From Candidatus Eiseniibacteriota bacterium (GTDB lineage: Bacteria > Eisenbacteria > RBG-16-71-46 > CAIMUX01 > VGJL01): a stretch of 64,000 bases of DNA. A program made the translations under genes and the position numbers. The notes beneath the pieces are model-generated. The model did not search any database and was not told the origin of the DNA. It saw only the letters and a list, made by a program, of their open reading frames with translations. Where the stretch lies: positions 7,421 to 71,420 of the forward strand of contig VGJL01000001.1 of assembly GCA_016867495.1 (NCBI GenBank). Direction: 5' to 3'. Position 1 is the first letter of the stretch. Each line of letters starts with the position of its first letter. Of this stretch, positions 18,691-27,754 are shown piece after piece.

Positions 18691-20136
18691 TCACGCCTTG
18701 GCCAGCCGAGGGCGTGTCAAGCGTTCCTCAAGAGCGACGACGGCACTGAGCAGAAAGAAGAAGCCCGTCAAGCCGAAATCCAGAAACCTCGTCCCAAAGA
18801 TGTTCGCGATGAGAAGCGTGAGAATGGCGCCGTGATAGGCCCGTCCAAGGATGAGCCCCCGCCCCCCCCGCTTCTGTATTGCACTGCCCAGTCTCCACGC
18901 CCTGAAGAAGATCCACAAGAGGAGGAAGAGCCCAGGGAAACCCATCTGGCCGGCAACCTCAATGTAGAGGTTGTGCGCGTGCTTGTAGTTCCCGGCGGCG
19001 ATGCCGGTCGCGACCGACAGGTTCCCGTACCCAACGCCGATCAGGGGGTGGTCCACGATGAGATCCGCCGCGTCCCGCCAGATCGAGAGCCGCCCTCCTG
19101 ATTCGATGTCGATCGCAGTCTGCCTGTCCTCCGACGCTGCAGCCTGCCAGACTTGGGCGACTCTGTCTTGCACGAAGGAGGGAGCCCACAGCGCCCCGCT
19201 CAGGACAACCGCGACCAGAATGGCGCCGCCCGCAACGTTCGTGCGAAGCACCTGAGGAACGGCCCCGATCAGAAAGGCGACATACGCGCCCCGGGAGTTG
19301 GGCAGGATCATCGCTGCGGCCGGGAGCAGGGCGGCAATGGCTCCGCCCAGCTTCTTCCATGCCTTGTAGGCGGGAAACATGCACAGGGCGAAGACGGCCG
19401 CCATCGCCAGGTAGGCGCCCATCTTGTTGATGTCACCAAGCCCCCCGGCCGTGCGCTTGCCCCATCCGTCCCGGATCGTCTCCTGGAGCGGTCCGATGAC
19501 GGCAAGCGCCCCGCTCAGAAGGAGGACGGCCACCAGACGCCAGAGCGCCCTTCGGTCCCGCACGAGGGGCAGGACCACGAAGAAGACGAGGAAGCCGGAG
19601 ATGATCCCCCATACGTACTTGAACCTCGCGATGCCTCCAATCCAGCGATCGGCATAGATGAACTCGCCGTAGTACCACGAGAGCATCAGCCAGGCCAGAA
19701 AGAGGAAGATCGGGAGGTTGAGCGGGGTCGCGATCAAGACCCGCGTCTCCCCTCGCAGCGCAAGAACCAGTACGGCCAGCAGCGATCCGAGCACAAGGAG
19801 ATTCGCCGTATTCAGAAACGGCACGGGCGAAACGGGCAACCACTCCCCGAACGGAAGAACCAGGCAGATGACGTACGGGAGCCAGCGGGGACGGGCCATG
19901 AAGAGGCCGGCGAGGACGGCCACGGCGGCGATCTTGAAGAGCCTGTGAGTCGCTTGGTCGAGCGCGTAGCCAAGGAAGGCCAGACCGTAGGCGATTCCGA
20001 TCGCGAAGACGGTCGCCGCGGCTGTGATCGCGACTGTCCGCGTCCGTTCCGCGATCTCCGGCGCAGTCGGCAGCTCGCCGTAGGAACCCCTGGGATCGGA
20101 AGCCCGTCGCGACAGCGTCTGAGGCGTCTGCGACAT
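18691..20136 (-). CDS. O-antigen ligase/polymerase-like (Wzy_C/WaaL family) integral membrane protein
   Basis: More than 10 predicted TM helices are present. The characteristic periplasmic-loop motif HAHNLYIEVAGQMGF (H...N.Y.E) is seen. Confidence 0.7.
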   Translation of the reverse strand: MSQTPQTLSRRASDPRGSYGELPTAPEIAERTRTVAITAAATVFAIGIAYGLAFLGYALDQATHRLFKIAAVAVLAGLFMARPRWLPYVICLVLPFGEWLPVSPVPFLNTANLLVLGSLLAVLVLALRGETRVLIATPLNLPIFLFLAWLMLSWYYGEFIYADRWIGGIARFKYVWGIISGFLVFFVVLPLVRDRRALWRLVAVLLLSGALAVIGPLQETIRDGWGKRTAGGLGDINKMGAYLAMAAVFALCMFPAYKAWKKLGGAIAALLPAAAMILPNSRGAYVAFLIGAVPQVLRTNVAGGAILVAVVLSGALWAPSFVQDRVAQVWQAAASEDRQTAIDIESGGRLSIWRDAADLIVDHPLIGVGYGNLSVATGIAAGNYKHAHNLYIEVAGQMGFPGLFLLLWIFFRAWRLGSAIQKRGGRGLILGRAYHGAILTLLIANIFGTRFLDFGLTGFFFLLSAVVALEERLTRPRLAKA

Positions 20137-20181
20137 GCGCCTATCTCTCCCCGGCTCCGGCCAGCCCCGCGCGCCTCAAGC

Positions 20182-21624
20182 TCATACCTCCCTCAAACGG
20201 CTCGCGGCGTCTCCTGGCTCTTCCGGCGCCCCCAGCAGAGGGGCCAATCGGGCGCTCAGACGGCCGAGAGTCTTCAGGTCCTCGGGATGAAAGGCCCTGC
20301 CTTCCCCAGGTCCGCATCCGAGGATTGCGACGAGCCTGCCTCGCGACACGATGGGAAAGAAGACGCGTAGACGGTGGCGCGACTGGAGTTCCTCGCAGGC
20401 CACGTGCAACGGGACCTCCTTCACGGATGCCGCATCGCCTGTGATCACGAGGGGCTGCGCGCGCCCCGAGAGGGCGCGGACGAGGGGATGTGAGCCCGCC
20501 AGATTGGAAATTCCTGCGTCTTCGACCGGGAGGAACGCGCGAGCCGCGGAGCGCTCCACCCATAGCGCCAGATGGATCGGTCCGAAGATCGACCGCAGCG
20601 CTCTCCGCATCTGCCCCATGAGGGCCGCCGGATCCTTCGCCTCCTGCACCACGCGCTCGAGCCTCTCCCAGGAAGCCTGCTGCGAGAGGGAAGGCGGGTA
20701 GAGATGGCGGTCGAGGAACGTCTGCAGGCCAATCCGCAGGCCGGGAAAGACCCAGAGTGCGAGGCCGCCCGCAAGCAGAAGGGCGCTTGCGGCCTCGTAC
20801 CAGAGGGCTTCCGTCTCTCCCAGCCGGCGCAGCAACTTCGAGATCAGAGCCAGGCCGATGAGAAAAAGACCGAGCGCCGTCACGATGGATGGGGAGGGGA
20901 CGAGCGGACGGCGTACCGGCAGGCTCAGCTCCTCCCTCCACTTCCTCCCAAGCGCCAGCATCGACATCGCGATCGCAAGAATCAGCCCGGGCAGGAAGAG
21001 CGTCACGATCCGAAAAGGCCGCTCGCCATAGAGGAGCATTTCCGCCAGCAGATAGAAGCCTATCAGGTGGACCGGCAGCAAGGCGTAGATGGCGTGGGCG
21101 ATCCGTCTCCGGCCTTCGAGTCGAGCAGCCTCGAGCGTGCCCTGCAGGTTCCAGAGGGCGATCGCCAATCCGACTAGCGCATAGAGGATCTGGACCCGCC
21201 CGAGAGGCCCCAGCACCTTTATGGCCACAGGATGCCCCGAGCCTTCCTGGACGGCGAGCGGAGGAAGCCACACTCCTCCGATCAGCAGGCCGATCGCCGT
21301 TAGCCAGAGAAGTGAAGCGAGGGCAGCCTCCGTACCCCGCGCAGCGCCACCCTCCGGGCGGCCGAATCGCGAAGAGAAGGCGACCCAGGTCGGCACGCCG
21401 AGAAGCACGCTGCCCCAAGTGAGGCCCAGCAGATAGGGTCTCACGGGCTCCCAACCACGGACGGCCAGGGCGCCCAGGGCGAAGCAGGTCGCTCCCAGAC
21501 TGATCGATCCGATCGCCAGAGGTCGGTCTCCCGGATGGCGCCCGCCCCTCCTCCGGGCGAGGCAGAGAAGCCAGACCAGCGCGCCTGCCGCGAACCATGG
21601 TGCCGAGAGCATCCCGCCGCCCAC
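20182..21624 (-). CDS. polytopic membrane domain fused to a C-terminal GAF-like domain (sensor module lacking a kinase domain)
   Basis: About 8 TM helices occupy the N-terminal 300 aa. A soluble C-terminal domain of about 160 aa has a GAF-like pattern (...LVITGDAASVKEVPLH...RGRLVAILGCG...). No HisKA/HATPase is present. Confidence 0.5.
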   Translation of the reverse strand: MGGGMLSAPWFAAGALVWLLCLARRRGGRHPGDRPLAIGSISLGATCFALGALAVRGWEPVRPYLLGLTWGSVLLGVPTWVAFSSRFGRPEGGAARGTEAALASLLWLTAIGLLIGGVWLPPLAVQEGSGHPVAIKVLGPLGRVQILYALVGLAIALWNLQGTLEAARLEGRRRIAHAIYALLPVHLIGFYLLAEMLLYGERPFRIVTLFLPGLILAIAMSMLALGRKWREELSLPVRRPLVPSPSIVTALGLFLIGLALISKLLRRLGETEALWYEAASALLLAGGLALWVFPGLRIGLQTFLDRHLYPPSLSQQASWERLERVVQEAKDPAALMGQMRRALRSIFGPIHLALWVERSAARAFLPVEDAGISNLAGSHPLVRALSGRAQPLVITGDAASVKEVPLHVACEELQSRHRLRVFFPIVSRGRLVAILGCGPGEGRAFHPEDLKTLGRLSARLAPLLGAPEEPGDAASRLREV

Positions 21625-21630
21625 CGGGGC

Positions 21631-23151
21631 TCAGGGCCTCCGCAGCCGATCCGCCTCTCGCCGAGCCTGCGCAGCCAGCGGCGATGAAGGATACGTGGCG
21701 GCCACTTCCTCAAGGATTTGCAGGGCTCGCTCCGGAGATCCCAGGTGTTCCGCGTGGATACGCGCAGCCTCCATCAGCACCGCGGGGCTCCGCGGGTCGC
21801 GCGGGAACATGGCGGGCAGCGAGAGCAGCCGCTCAGCCGCTGCCGTCCACTCCTCCAGAAGGATCAAGACTCCAGCCGTGCTCTCCTCCACCAACCAGAG
21901 GACTCCCGCCTCGGGCCTCTCCTTCCGTAGTTCCTCGTACCCCTCGAGCGCGCGCTGGAGCGCGGCACGCGCCGCGCTCTCTTCGCCGACACGGCGATAG
22001 TGGGAGGCGATCTCGAAAGGGGCTCGAATCGCGAAGGAGGTCGTCCTGTAGTCGGTCATGAGGGACCGATAGCGCGCGAGCGCCTCGGGCCACCTGCCGG
22101 CGTGCGAGAGAATCGCGGCGGCCAGCGCCTCCGCCTCCGCGCATCGCTGCGCATCGGCAGGAAAGGCCTGCTTCACCGACGAGAGGGCGGATAGGGCCTC
22201 GTCCGTCCTTCCCAACACCCCCAGGCAGTCGGCCTGACGGATCCTGGCGGCGGCGGCGAGGGGGTCCGTCGGGAATCTCTCCGCTATCTCCGCGAATGTT
22301 CTCGCGGCGGCGGCCGGGTTCCGCTCCCCCTCTTGCTGGAGGGTGCCCAGAACAAGCAGAACCCGCGGCTCCATGCTTCCCACCCCAGGCGTCCGTCGGG
22401 CGCGTTCCAGATTCTCGGCCGCCTTCGCAAACCTTCCGCGCCGTCCCTCTATGGATCCCAGCTGGACCCAGGCCAGCGCCGAGGCGGCATCTTCGGGGCT
22501 CTCCTGCACGATCGTCCGATAGTAGACCTCCGCCCGGTCAAGCTCGGCCGCGGCCTCATCCAACCGCCCCATCTCCCTCAAGAGATCTGCGGCAAGCAGC
22601 GGGGCATCCTGCACGGCCCCCACCGGCCGTCCGTCCGGCCGACGGGCGGGCAGGGCCGAGGCCATCTCCTGGTAGAGCCGGACGCACCCATCCAGGTCCC
22701 CCCGCGCCCGAAGGACGGACGCCAGTTCCGCGTGAAGCTTGAGCGTCAAATCCAGATCCCAGGGATACCGTTTGCGCGCGCCATCGAGAACGCGAACGAC
22801 ATCCTCGTTCTCGCCGCGCATCTCGTGAACGCGGACCAGTCCTCGCTCGGCGTGGGCCTTTATCCGCCCGATGGCGTGCGCCACCGCCGTGTCCCCGCCC
22901 GCGCCACCACCCTTCGAATCGACGACTCTCTGGAAGGCGACGAGAACCCGGCGGGTCTCCTCCTCCGTCGGCGGAGTCGCGACGCTCATCCGCACAGCCG
23001 CCTCCATCCGCGAGGCCTCCCAGTAGGCGCGCTCCGCACGATAGAGATCCCCCGCGTCCCGCTCGGAGCATCCGCCCTGCAGCAGCGCGGCAACGACCGC
23101 GCCGGCGGCAAGACGGGCCGCCCCTCCCCGGCAGAACCCAGCCACGCTCAT
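21631..23151 (-). CDS. TPR-repeat lipoprotein
   Basis: A lipobox (VAALLQGGCSE) follows the ATG at 23151, which forms an ATGA overlap with the upstream gene. The protein is Ala/Leu-rich TPR-like helical repeats throughout. The six-frame ORF is 5'-extended to 23961. Confidence 0.6.
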   Translation of the reverse strand: MSVAGFCRGGAARLAAGAVVAALLQGGCSERDAGDLYRAERAYWEASRMEAAVRMSVATPPTEEETRRVLVAFQRVVDSKGGGAGGDTAVAHAIGRIKAHAERGLVRVHEMRGENEDVVRVLDGARKRYPWDLDLTLKLHAELASVLRARGDLDGCVRLYQEMASALPARRPDGRPVGAVQDAPLLAADLLREMGRLDEAAAELDRAEVYYRTIVQESPEDAASALAWVQLGSIEGRRGRFAKAAENLERARRTPGVGSMEPRVLLVLGTLQQEGERNPAAAARTFAEIAERFPTDPLAAAARIRQADCLGVLGRTDEALSALSSVKQAFPADAQRCAEAEALAAAILSHAGRWPEALARYRSLMTDYRTTSFAIRAPFEIASHYRRVGEESAARAALQRALEGYEELRKERPEAGVLWLVEESTAGVLILLEEWTAAAERLLSLPAMFPRDPRSPAVLMEAARIHAEHLGSPERALQILEEVAATYPSSPLAAQARREADRLRRP

Positions 23152-23984
23152 TCCCCCCTCTCCGTGACGTAGAGTCGATAGAGGCGCGAACCCGCTCCCA
23201 CGACATAGAATGCCGCCACCATGTAGAGCGCCGAGGCGCCGACAAGCATCCAGGCGATCATCTCCGGGCTCATGGAGCGCACGACGGAGTCGGCGCGCCG
23301 CAGCATGGCCGAGACGGGGATCTGGATCAGGTTTGGGACCAAGACGGCGCCGAAAGTCGCGATGGGCATCCTCACCATGATCGAGAGGCTGCGGCCAATG
23401 GCTCTCCCGACGCCCCGCCCCCCGACCAGCAGCACCAGCGGGACATAGAGAAAGAAGGCTTCGAATAGCGAGCCGAGGCCGATCGATCCATACCGGAAGA
23501 GCCGCAGCCTGGTCGCGCCGACATCCTGAGATCCCCCGAAGAGCAAAGCGGGCAGGAAGTAGAGGAGCAGGGCGAAGAGAACGATCAAAGGCAGTCTCGC
23601 GAGCACCAAGCGTCCGTAGGACTGGCCCGCCCGGCTGTAGGCCCCGCCTGTCGGTTCGGCGGGGTGATCGATCTGCCACGCGATCAGGAAAGCGGCTCCC
23701 AGCGTCCAGGAGGCGACCAGGAGGTCGATCGCGAGAGCGAAGTAAGAGAACAGGCTCGGAAGCGCCAGATAGAAAGTCGGGTAGTGAACCACCGGCTCCC
23801 CGCCCAGTAGGCGCAGGATCGGCACCATGAGCGGGGACAGGAGCGGTCGATGGAACTGCGTCAGGAGGAGGATCATCCCCGACTGCACGAGCCAGAGGAG
23901 CACGAACGGAACCCACTGCCGCCCGCGCCCCAGGCAACGTGTCGTCTCGATCCATGACCAAAGGAGCAGGCTGATCTGGTGCAT
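23148..23984 (-). CDS. hypothetical polytopic membrane protein (about 8 TM)
   Basis: Hydrophobic segments run throughout. An ATG at 23984 follows the EpsI stop. There is no recognisable family, and it sits inside the exosortase locus. Confidence 0.45.
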   Translation of the reverse strand: MHQISLLLWSWIETTRCLGRGRQWVPFVLLWLVQSGMILLLTQFHRPLLSPLMVPILRLLGGEPVVHYPTFYLALPSLFSYFALAIDLLVASWTLGAAFLIAWQIDHPAEPTGGAYSRAGQSYGRLVLARLPLIVLFALLLYFLPALLFGGSQDVGATRLRLFRYGSIGLGSLFEAFFLYVPLVLLVGGRGVGRAIGRSLSIMVRMPIATFGAVLVPNLIQIPVSAMLRRADSVVRSMSPEMIAWMLVGASALYMVAAFYVVGAGSRLYRLYVTERGE

Positions 23985-24004
23985 CCCTGCGAACCGTCCT
24001 TTCC

Positions 24005-24631
24005 CTAGTCCCGAATCAGGCCCGGAAGATCCCGCACGATCTCGGTGACAAACCGGCGATTCCACTGGTCCGCCTCGCCAGGCGAGTCGGTTTCGAGCGT
24101 AGAAACCCGGATGAAGATGCCATAAAGACGATTTTGGCGCAGCCCTTGAGTGAACAGACCCCAGCGGTATCCGCGAACATCCTCAGGCGTCCCGGCGACG
24201 GGGCGGTACCACAGCGTGGCCACACGCTCTGCCCTCCTCCCCTTGCTCGCCAGGAACTGGGAAGCCCGCATCCCCCCCATCAGCGTTTCGAGATCCAAGG
24301 GGGGAAGCTCGCTCGTCCGGTATCCCTGGCTTCGGTAGCAGAGCTGCGGATCGTGCCCTCCGAGTCGGCGGTTCACGAAGTAGATCAGGACCAGCCAGAT
24401 GGGGACGCCATCGGGCCGGACATAGCGACGGACGAGCAGGTCGTCATGTTCCAGATCCTCCAGAACCATCTCGGCGACTGGGACATCAACCCCTCGCAGG
24501 CCGGCGATCTCAAGGGGGAGGGAGGCCAGATTCGATTCAGCGCCTCTCCCCGGCGGCGCCGCGACTCGATAGAGGCCGACCAGTCCCAGCAAGAGGCAGG
24601 GGAAGACGAGAGGCGCGAGGCGGCCTAGCAT
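24005..24631 (-). CDS. epsI: EpsI-like exosortase-associated protein
   Basis: Its ATG lies 1 nt after the exosortase stop. A single N-terminal TM (MLGRLAPLVFPCLLLGLVGL) is followed by a periplasmic domain of about 180 aa, as in the EpsI family. The six-frame ORF 24005..25357 is a 5' artefact overlapping xrt. Confidence 0.6.
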   Translation of the reverse strand: MLGRLAPLVFPCLLLGLVGLYRVAAPPGRGAESNLASLPLEIAGLRGVDVPVAEMVLEDLEHDDLLVRRYVRPDGVPIWLVLIYFVNRRLGGHDPQLCYRSQGYRTSELPPLDLETLMGGMRASQFLASKGRRAERVATLWYRPVAGTPEDVRGYRWGLFTQGLRQNRLYGIFIRVSTLETDSPGEADQWNRRFVTEIVRDLPGLIRD

Positions 24632-25539
24632 CGCAGGAGTCCCTTCGAGACGACCAGCATGGCGAAAGCGATGAGGAACAGGGCGTACCCTCCCGCCGTG
24701 TGGAACGCTCCGGCCGCCTCCTGCGGCCCCGCGATCCCGGCGTAGACGCAGAGGGCGGCGATCCGCACGACGTTCGCCGCGACTGCGATCGGCAGCGCGA
24801 GGGCGAAGAGGACCACCCTCCTGACGACTCCGCGGTGGGCCAGATAGGCGAAGAGCGCGCCCAGGGCGAGCAAGGCAACCAGAGAGCGGAGGCCGGAGCA
24901 GGCGTTCTCGACCTCGAGCGTTCCCCCGGGGAAGAGGAGATTCACTCCGTCGCGGTGCACGATGACGCCCATCAGCTTGGCGATCGCCACGGCGCCGCGC
25001 GCCGCCACGACCTTCAGCTGGTAACTGAGTCCGTGGACGAACCAGGGCATCAGGGGGAGCATGAACAGCAGGAAGGCGAGCGGGAAGAGAAGCCGCCTGA
25101 AGGAGGAGACACCGTGAATCTGGAGGGCCGCCCCGGCAAGTGCCAGCACAAGCGACAGGCCCTGGAGGGCCACGACGTCCCCCCGGAGACCCACGATCTG
25201 CAGGACGGCGGCCGGCAACAGCAAGGCGATGCCCCGCCAGCCGGCGCGACTCTTCTCTGCGGTCAGCCAGCTCCGCTGGCGCCAGACGAGCCAGGCCGCC
25301 ACGGGCGGAATCAGGAAACCGTGCGAGTAGTTTGGATTGCGCATCCAGAGATTCCACAAGTCAACCATGGTCGACTGATAGGCGAAGACGATAGCCCCTG
25401 CAGCGAGCGCCCAGGCGCCGATCAGCCAGATCCCCGGTCGCCTGAGATTCGCCACAGCGAGAATCGCGCCGCCGTTCTTGCTCTCCACGCTCACCGGCCG
25501 CTCCCCCGCCGTCCACTCATGATGAGCGTCGCTCTCCAT
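24625..25539 (-). CDS. exosortase (EpsH/Xrt family transpeptidase)
   Basis: Three exosortase motifs are visible: NPNYSHGFLIP, the Cys active site in EVENACSGLRS, and the Arg motif in ANVVRI. There are 8 TM helices. An alternative GTG start at 25494 (with GGGGGAG upstream) would avoid the overlap with wzc. Confidence 0.9.
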   Translation of the reverse strand: MESDAHHEWTAGERPVSVESKNGGAILAVANLRRPGIWLIGAWALAAGAIVFAYQSTMVDLWNLWMRNPNYSHGFLIPPVAAWLVWRQRSWLTAEKSRAGWRGIALLLPAAVLQIVGLRGDVVALQGLSLVLALAGAALQIHGVSSFRRLLFPLAFLLFMLPLMPWFVHGLSYQLKVVAARGAVAIAKLMGVIVHRDGVNLLFPGGTLEVENACSGLRSLVALLALGALFAYLAHRGVVRRVVLFALALPIAVAANVVRIAALCVYAGIAGPQEAAGAFHTAGGYALFLIAFAMLVVSKGLLRC

Positions 25540-27742
25540 AGCGGTAGCCGAAGTACCGGTGGTTGTAGTAGTACGGCATCAGCTCTTCGACGTTGTTCAT
25601 CAGAAGTCCGCGCACGTTGCCCGTGAACTGCTTCTGCAACTCCACTCCGCGCTCGACGAGGTGGCGCGGCGTCGATCTCGCCTTCAGGACAATCAGAACC
25701 GCGTCCACGAGTTGCCCGATGATCAGGGCGTCGGGGACCGGCACGTTCGGCGGAGAGTCGACAATCACGAAACCATACCGTCTCGTCAGCTCGGGCAGGA
25801 GCCACGACAGGTTCTCATAGGTGAGCAGGTCGTTTCGGGGAGCCAGGTGTCCTCCCAGAGGGAGGACGTGGAGATTCGGCATGGAGGTCTTTTGAAACCA
25901 CGACTCCTCCAGGCGGTGGACTTCGAGCGCCTTGATCACCCCCGGATTCTCGCCCGAAACGCCGAGGACACGACCTAGAGCGCCTCGCCGGAAGTCCAGA
26001 TCGACCAGTAGCACGGGCAACCGCGCATCCTCCGCCGCGGCGGCCGCCCCCAGGAGAACGCAGGTCGTCGACTTCCCTTCCCCCCCCCGCGCGCTGGTGA
26101 TGAGTAGACTCCGCACAAGGCCGTCCGACTCGCTCCTCAGCTCGAGGGCAACCCTTCGCATCTCCTGGAAGGGCGGGGAGTCTTGCAGGTAGGCCCCCAG
26201 GCGCGCGGCGTTCCAGACAAAACTCCCCTCCCGCGCGGTCTTGCGCAGGGATTCCACCTGCGGAAGGGTGCCAATCACCCGGAGACCGAGAGATCGCTCC
26301 GTTTCTCGCGCGTCCCTGAATGTGAGGTCGTGCCTCTCGACCAGCGCGAGGGCTCCAATCCCGAGCGCAAGACCGACGATCGTCGAGAGGATCGCGACCG
26401 CCACGCGGTTCGGCTTGAAGGGCTTCATGGGTCGCGACGCCGGCTCGAGAACGGTCAGGCGTCCGGCGGCCTTCGTCGTCTCGAAAGCCCCGCTGATCTG
26501 GCTCGAGGCGATCTGCTGGACGAACGCGTTGTAGAGCGTCCGGTTGGTCTCGACCTCCTGCGTCAGTCTCCGGAGCGTGGTTTCGGTCTGCGATGTGCCG
26601 GAGACACGCGCCTGGTAGGAGTCCAGCAGCGCGTCATAGGTCGCGAGCCTGCTGGCCCCGGCGTCCACCCGCGCCTCCGCGATGACCGCGAGAACGGCCT
26701 CATCACGCAGTCCGGCGCTCGCCGTCAGCCCCGATTCCGAAAGAAAGGCGCTCGCTGCGGCGCGCAGCTCGTCGGTCTTGCGGCCGATGACGAGAGCAGC
26801 CGTCTCTTTCCCCTGCCCGACGCGCGGTCCGGGCGTCAGCGTCGCCTCAGCGTATGCCCGCTCCAGATCCCTGATCTCCTCGAGCAAAGGCGACCAGTCC
26901 GAAACGATGCGCTCTCGGAGCGTCGCCGCGGTGGCCGTCGATTTCCCCTCGAGCGCCGTCCTTCGCGCATCGCGGTCCTCCCGCATGCGGTCCAGGGTGG
27001 TGGATGCCTCGGAGCGAAGCCTGCGCGCTTCGGCGACGTTGCTCTCATTGATCAGACCGGCATTGACGACGACGGCGGCCATCCCTCGCTGGAACTCCTG
27101 CAGTCTCTGCTCCGCCTCGCCGAGTCTCTGCTTGTAGACGACGAGCTGCTCGAGGCTGAAGTCGTGCAGCGATCGCACGCGCTCCAGCTGGGAGGACTTA
27201 TTCGCCTCGATCACGCCCGTCGTCAGATTCTGCGCGATCTCCCGGGCGCGGTCCGGGTAGTAGTCGGCGACCGTGATGACGACGACGTTCTCTCCGGTGC
27301 GACCCCTGGCGGTTCGTATCGTCTCGCGCAACCACTGCGTGAGGCGCAGTTCCTGGAGCGCCTCGATCGTCATGTCCGGATACTGCTTTCTGCTCTTCTC
27401 GACCCACTTGCGGAGTCCGGGATCGGTGCGCAGGCCGGATTGATCCGCCACCTTCAACAAGAACTCGTTGCTCTGCATCAGCGATTGCAGCCTCGCAAGC
27501 TGCTCCTGCACGCCGCTGACGGGGAGGATCCCCTGAAGCTCCCGACTGACCGGCTGGGGAAACTCGAGCAGGATTGTCGCAGAGGCCCGATACAGGGGGC
27601 GCATGATGCTCGGATGGCCGACGACGATGCCCGTCAGAAGTCCAGCGAGCGCCGGGACCAGGAGAACCCACCGGCGTCGCCAGACGATCGCCGCCATTCC
27701 CCTGAGATCACGCCCTTCCTTGACGACCGGAGATGTCTCCAT
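25517..27742 (-). CDS. polysaccharide co-polymerase (Wzz domain) fused to a BY-kinase (Wzc-like), tyrosine-rich tail
   Basis: A TM helix, a long coiled-coil periplasmic region and a second TM are followed by Walker A ARGGEGKST. Walker A' (VLLVDLDFRRG) and Walker B (FVIVDSPP) are present. The C-terminal Tyr cluster is PYYYNHRYFGYRYG. Confidence 0.85.
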   Translation of the reverse strand: METSPVVKEGRDLRGMAAIVWRRRWVLLVPALAGLLTGIVVGHPSIMRPLYRASATILLEFPQPVSRELQGILPVSGVQEQLARLQSLMQSNEFLLKVADQSGLRTDPGLRKWVEKSRKQYPDMTIEALQELRLTQWLRETIRTARGRTGENVVVITVADYYPDRAREIAQNLTTGVIEANKSSQLERVRSLHDFSLEQLVVYKQRLGEAEQRLQEFQRGMAAVVVNAGLINESNVAEARRLRSEASTTLDRMREDRDARRTALEGKSTATAATLRERIVSDWSPLLEEIRDLERAYAEATLTPGPRVGQGKETAALVIGRKTDELRAAASAFLSESGLTASAGLRDEAVLAVIAEARVDAGASRLATYDALLDSYQARVSGTSQTETTLRRLTQEVETNRTLYNAFVQQIASSQISGAFETTKAAGRLTVLEPASRPMKPFKPNRVAVAILSTIVGLALGIGALALVERHDLTFRDARETERSLGLRVIGTLPQVESLRKTAREGSFVWNAARLGAYLQDSPPFQEMRRVALELRSESDGLVRSLLITSARGGEGKSTTCVLLGAAAAAEDARLPVLLVDLDFRRGALGRVLGVSGENPGVIKALEVHRLEESWFQKTSMPNLHVLPLGGHLAPRNDLLTYENLSWLLPELTRRYGFVIVDSPPNVPVPDALIIGQLVDAVLIVLKARSTPRHLVERGVELQKQFTGNVRGLLMNNVEELMPYYYNHRYFGYRYGERRSS

Positions 27743-27754
27743 GGCGCGCGCCTC

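Noticed and set aside
20141-21598. 485-aa ORF overlapping the membrane-GAF gene in another frame
   Set aside because: It is an Arg/Pro/Gly-rich artefact. The alternative frame encodes a coherent 8-TM + GAF protein.
24005-25357. 450-aa minus-strand ORF spanning the exosortase gene in another frame
   Set aside because: Only the last 208 codons (EpsI-like, ATG at 24631) are plausible. The upstream 240 codons are an out-of-frame read-through of the exosortase gene with R/P/G-rich composition.
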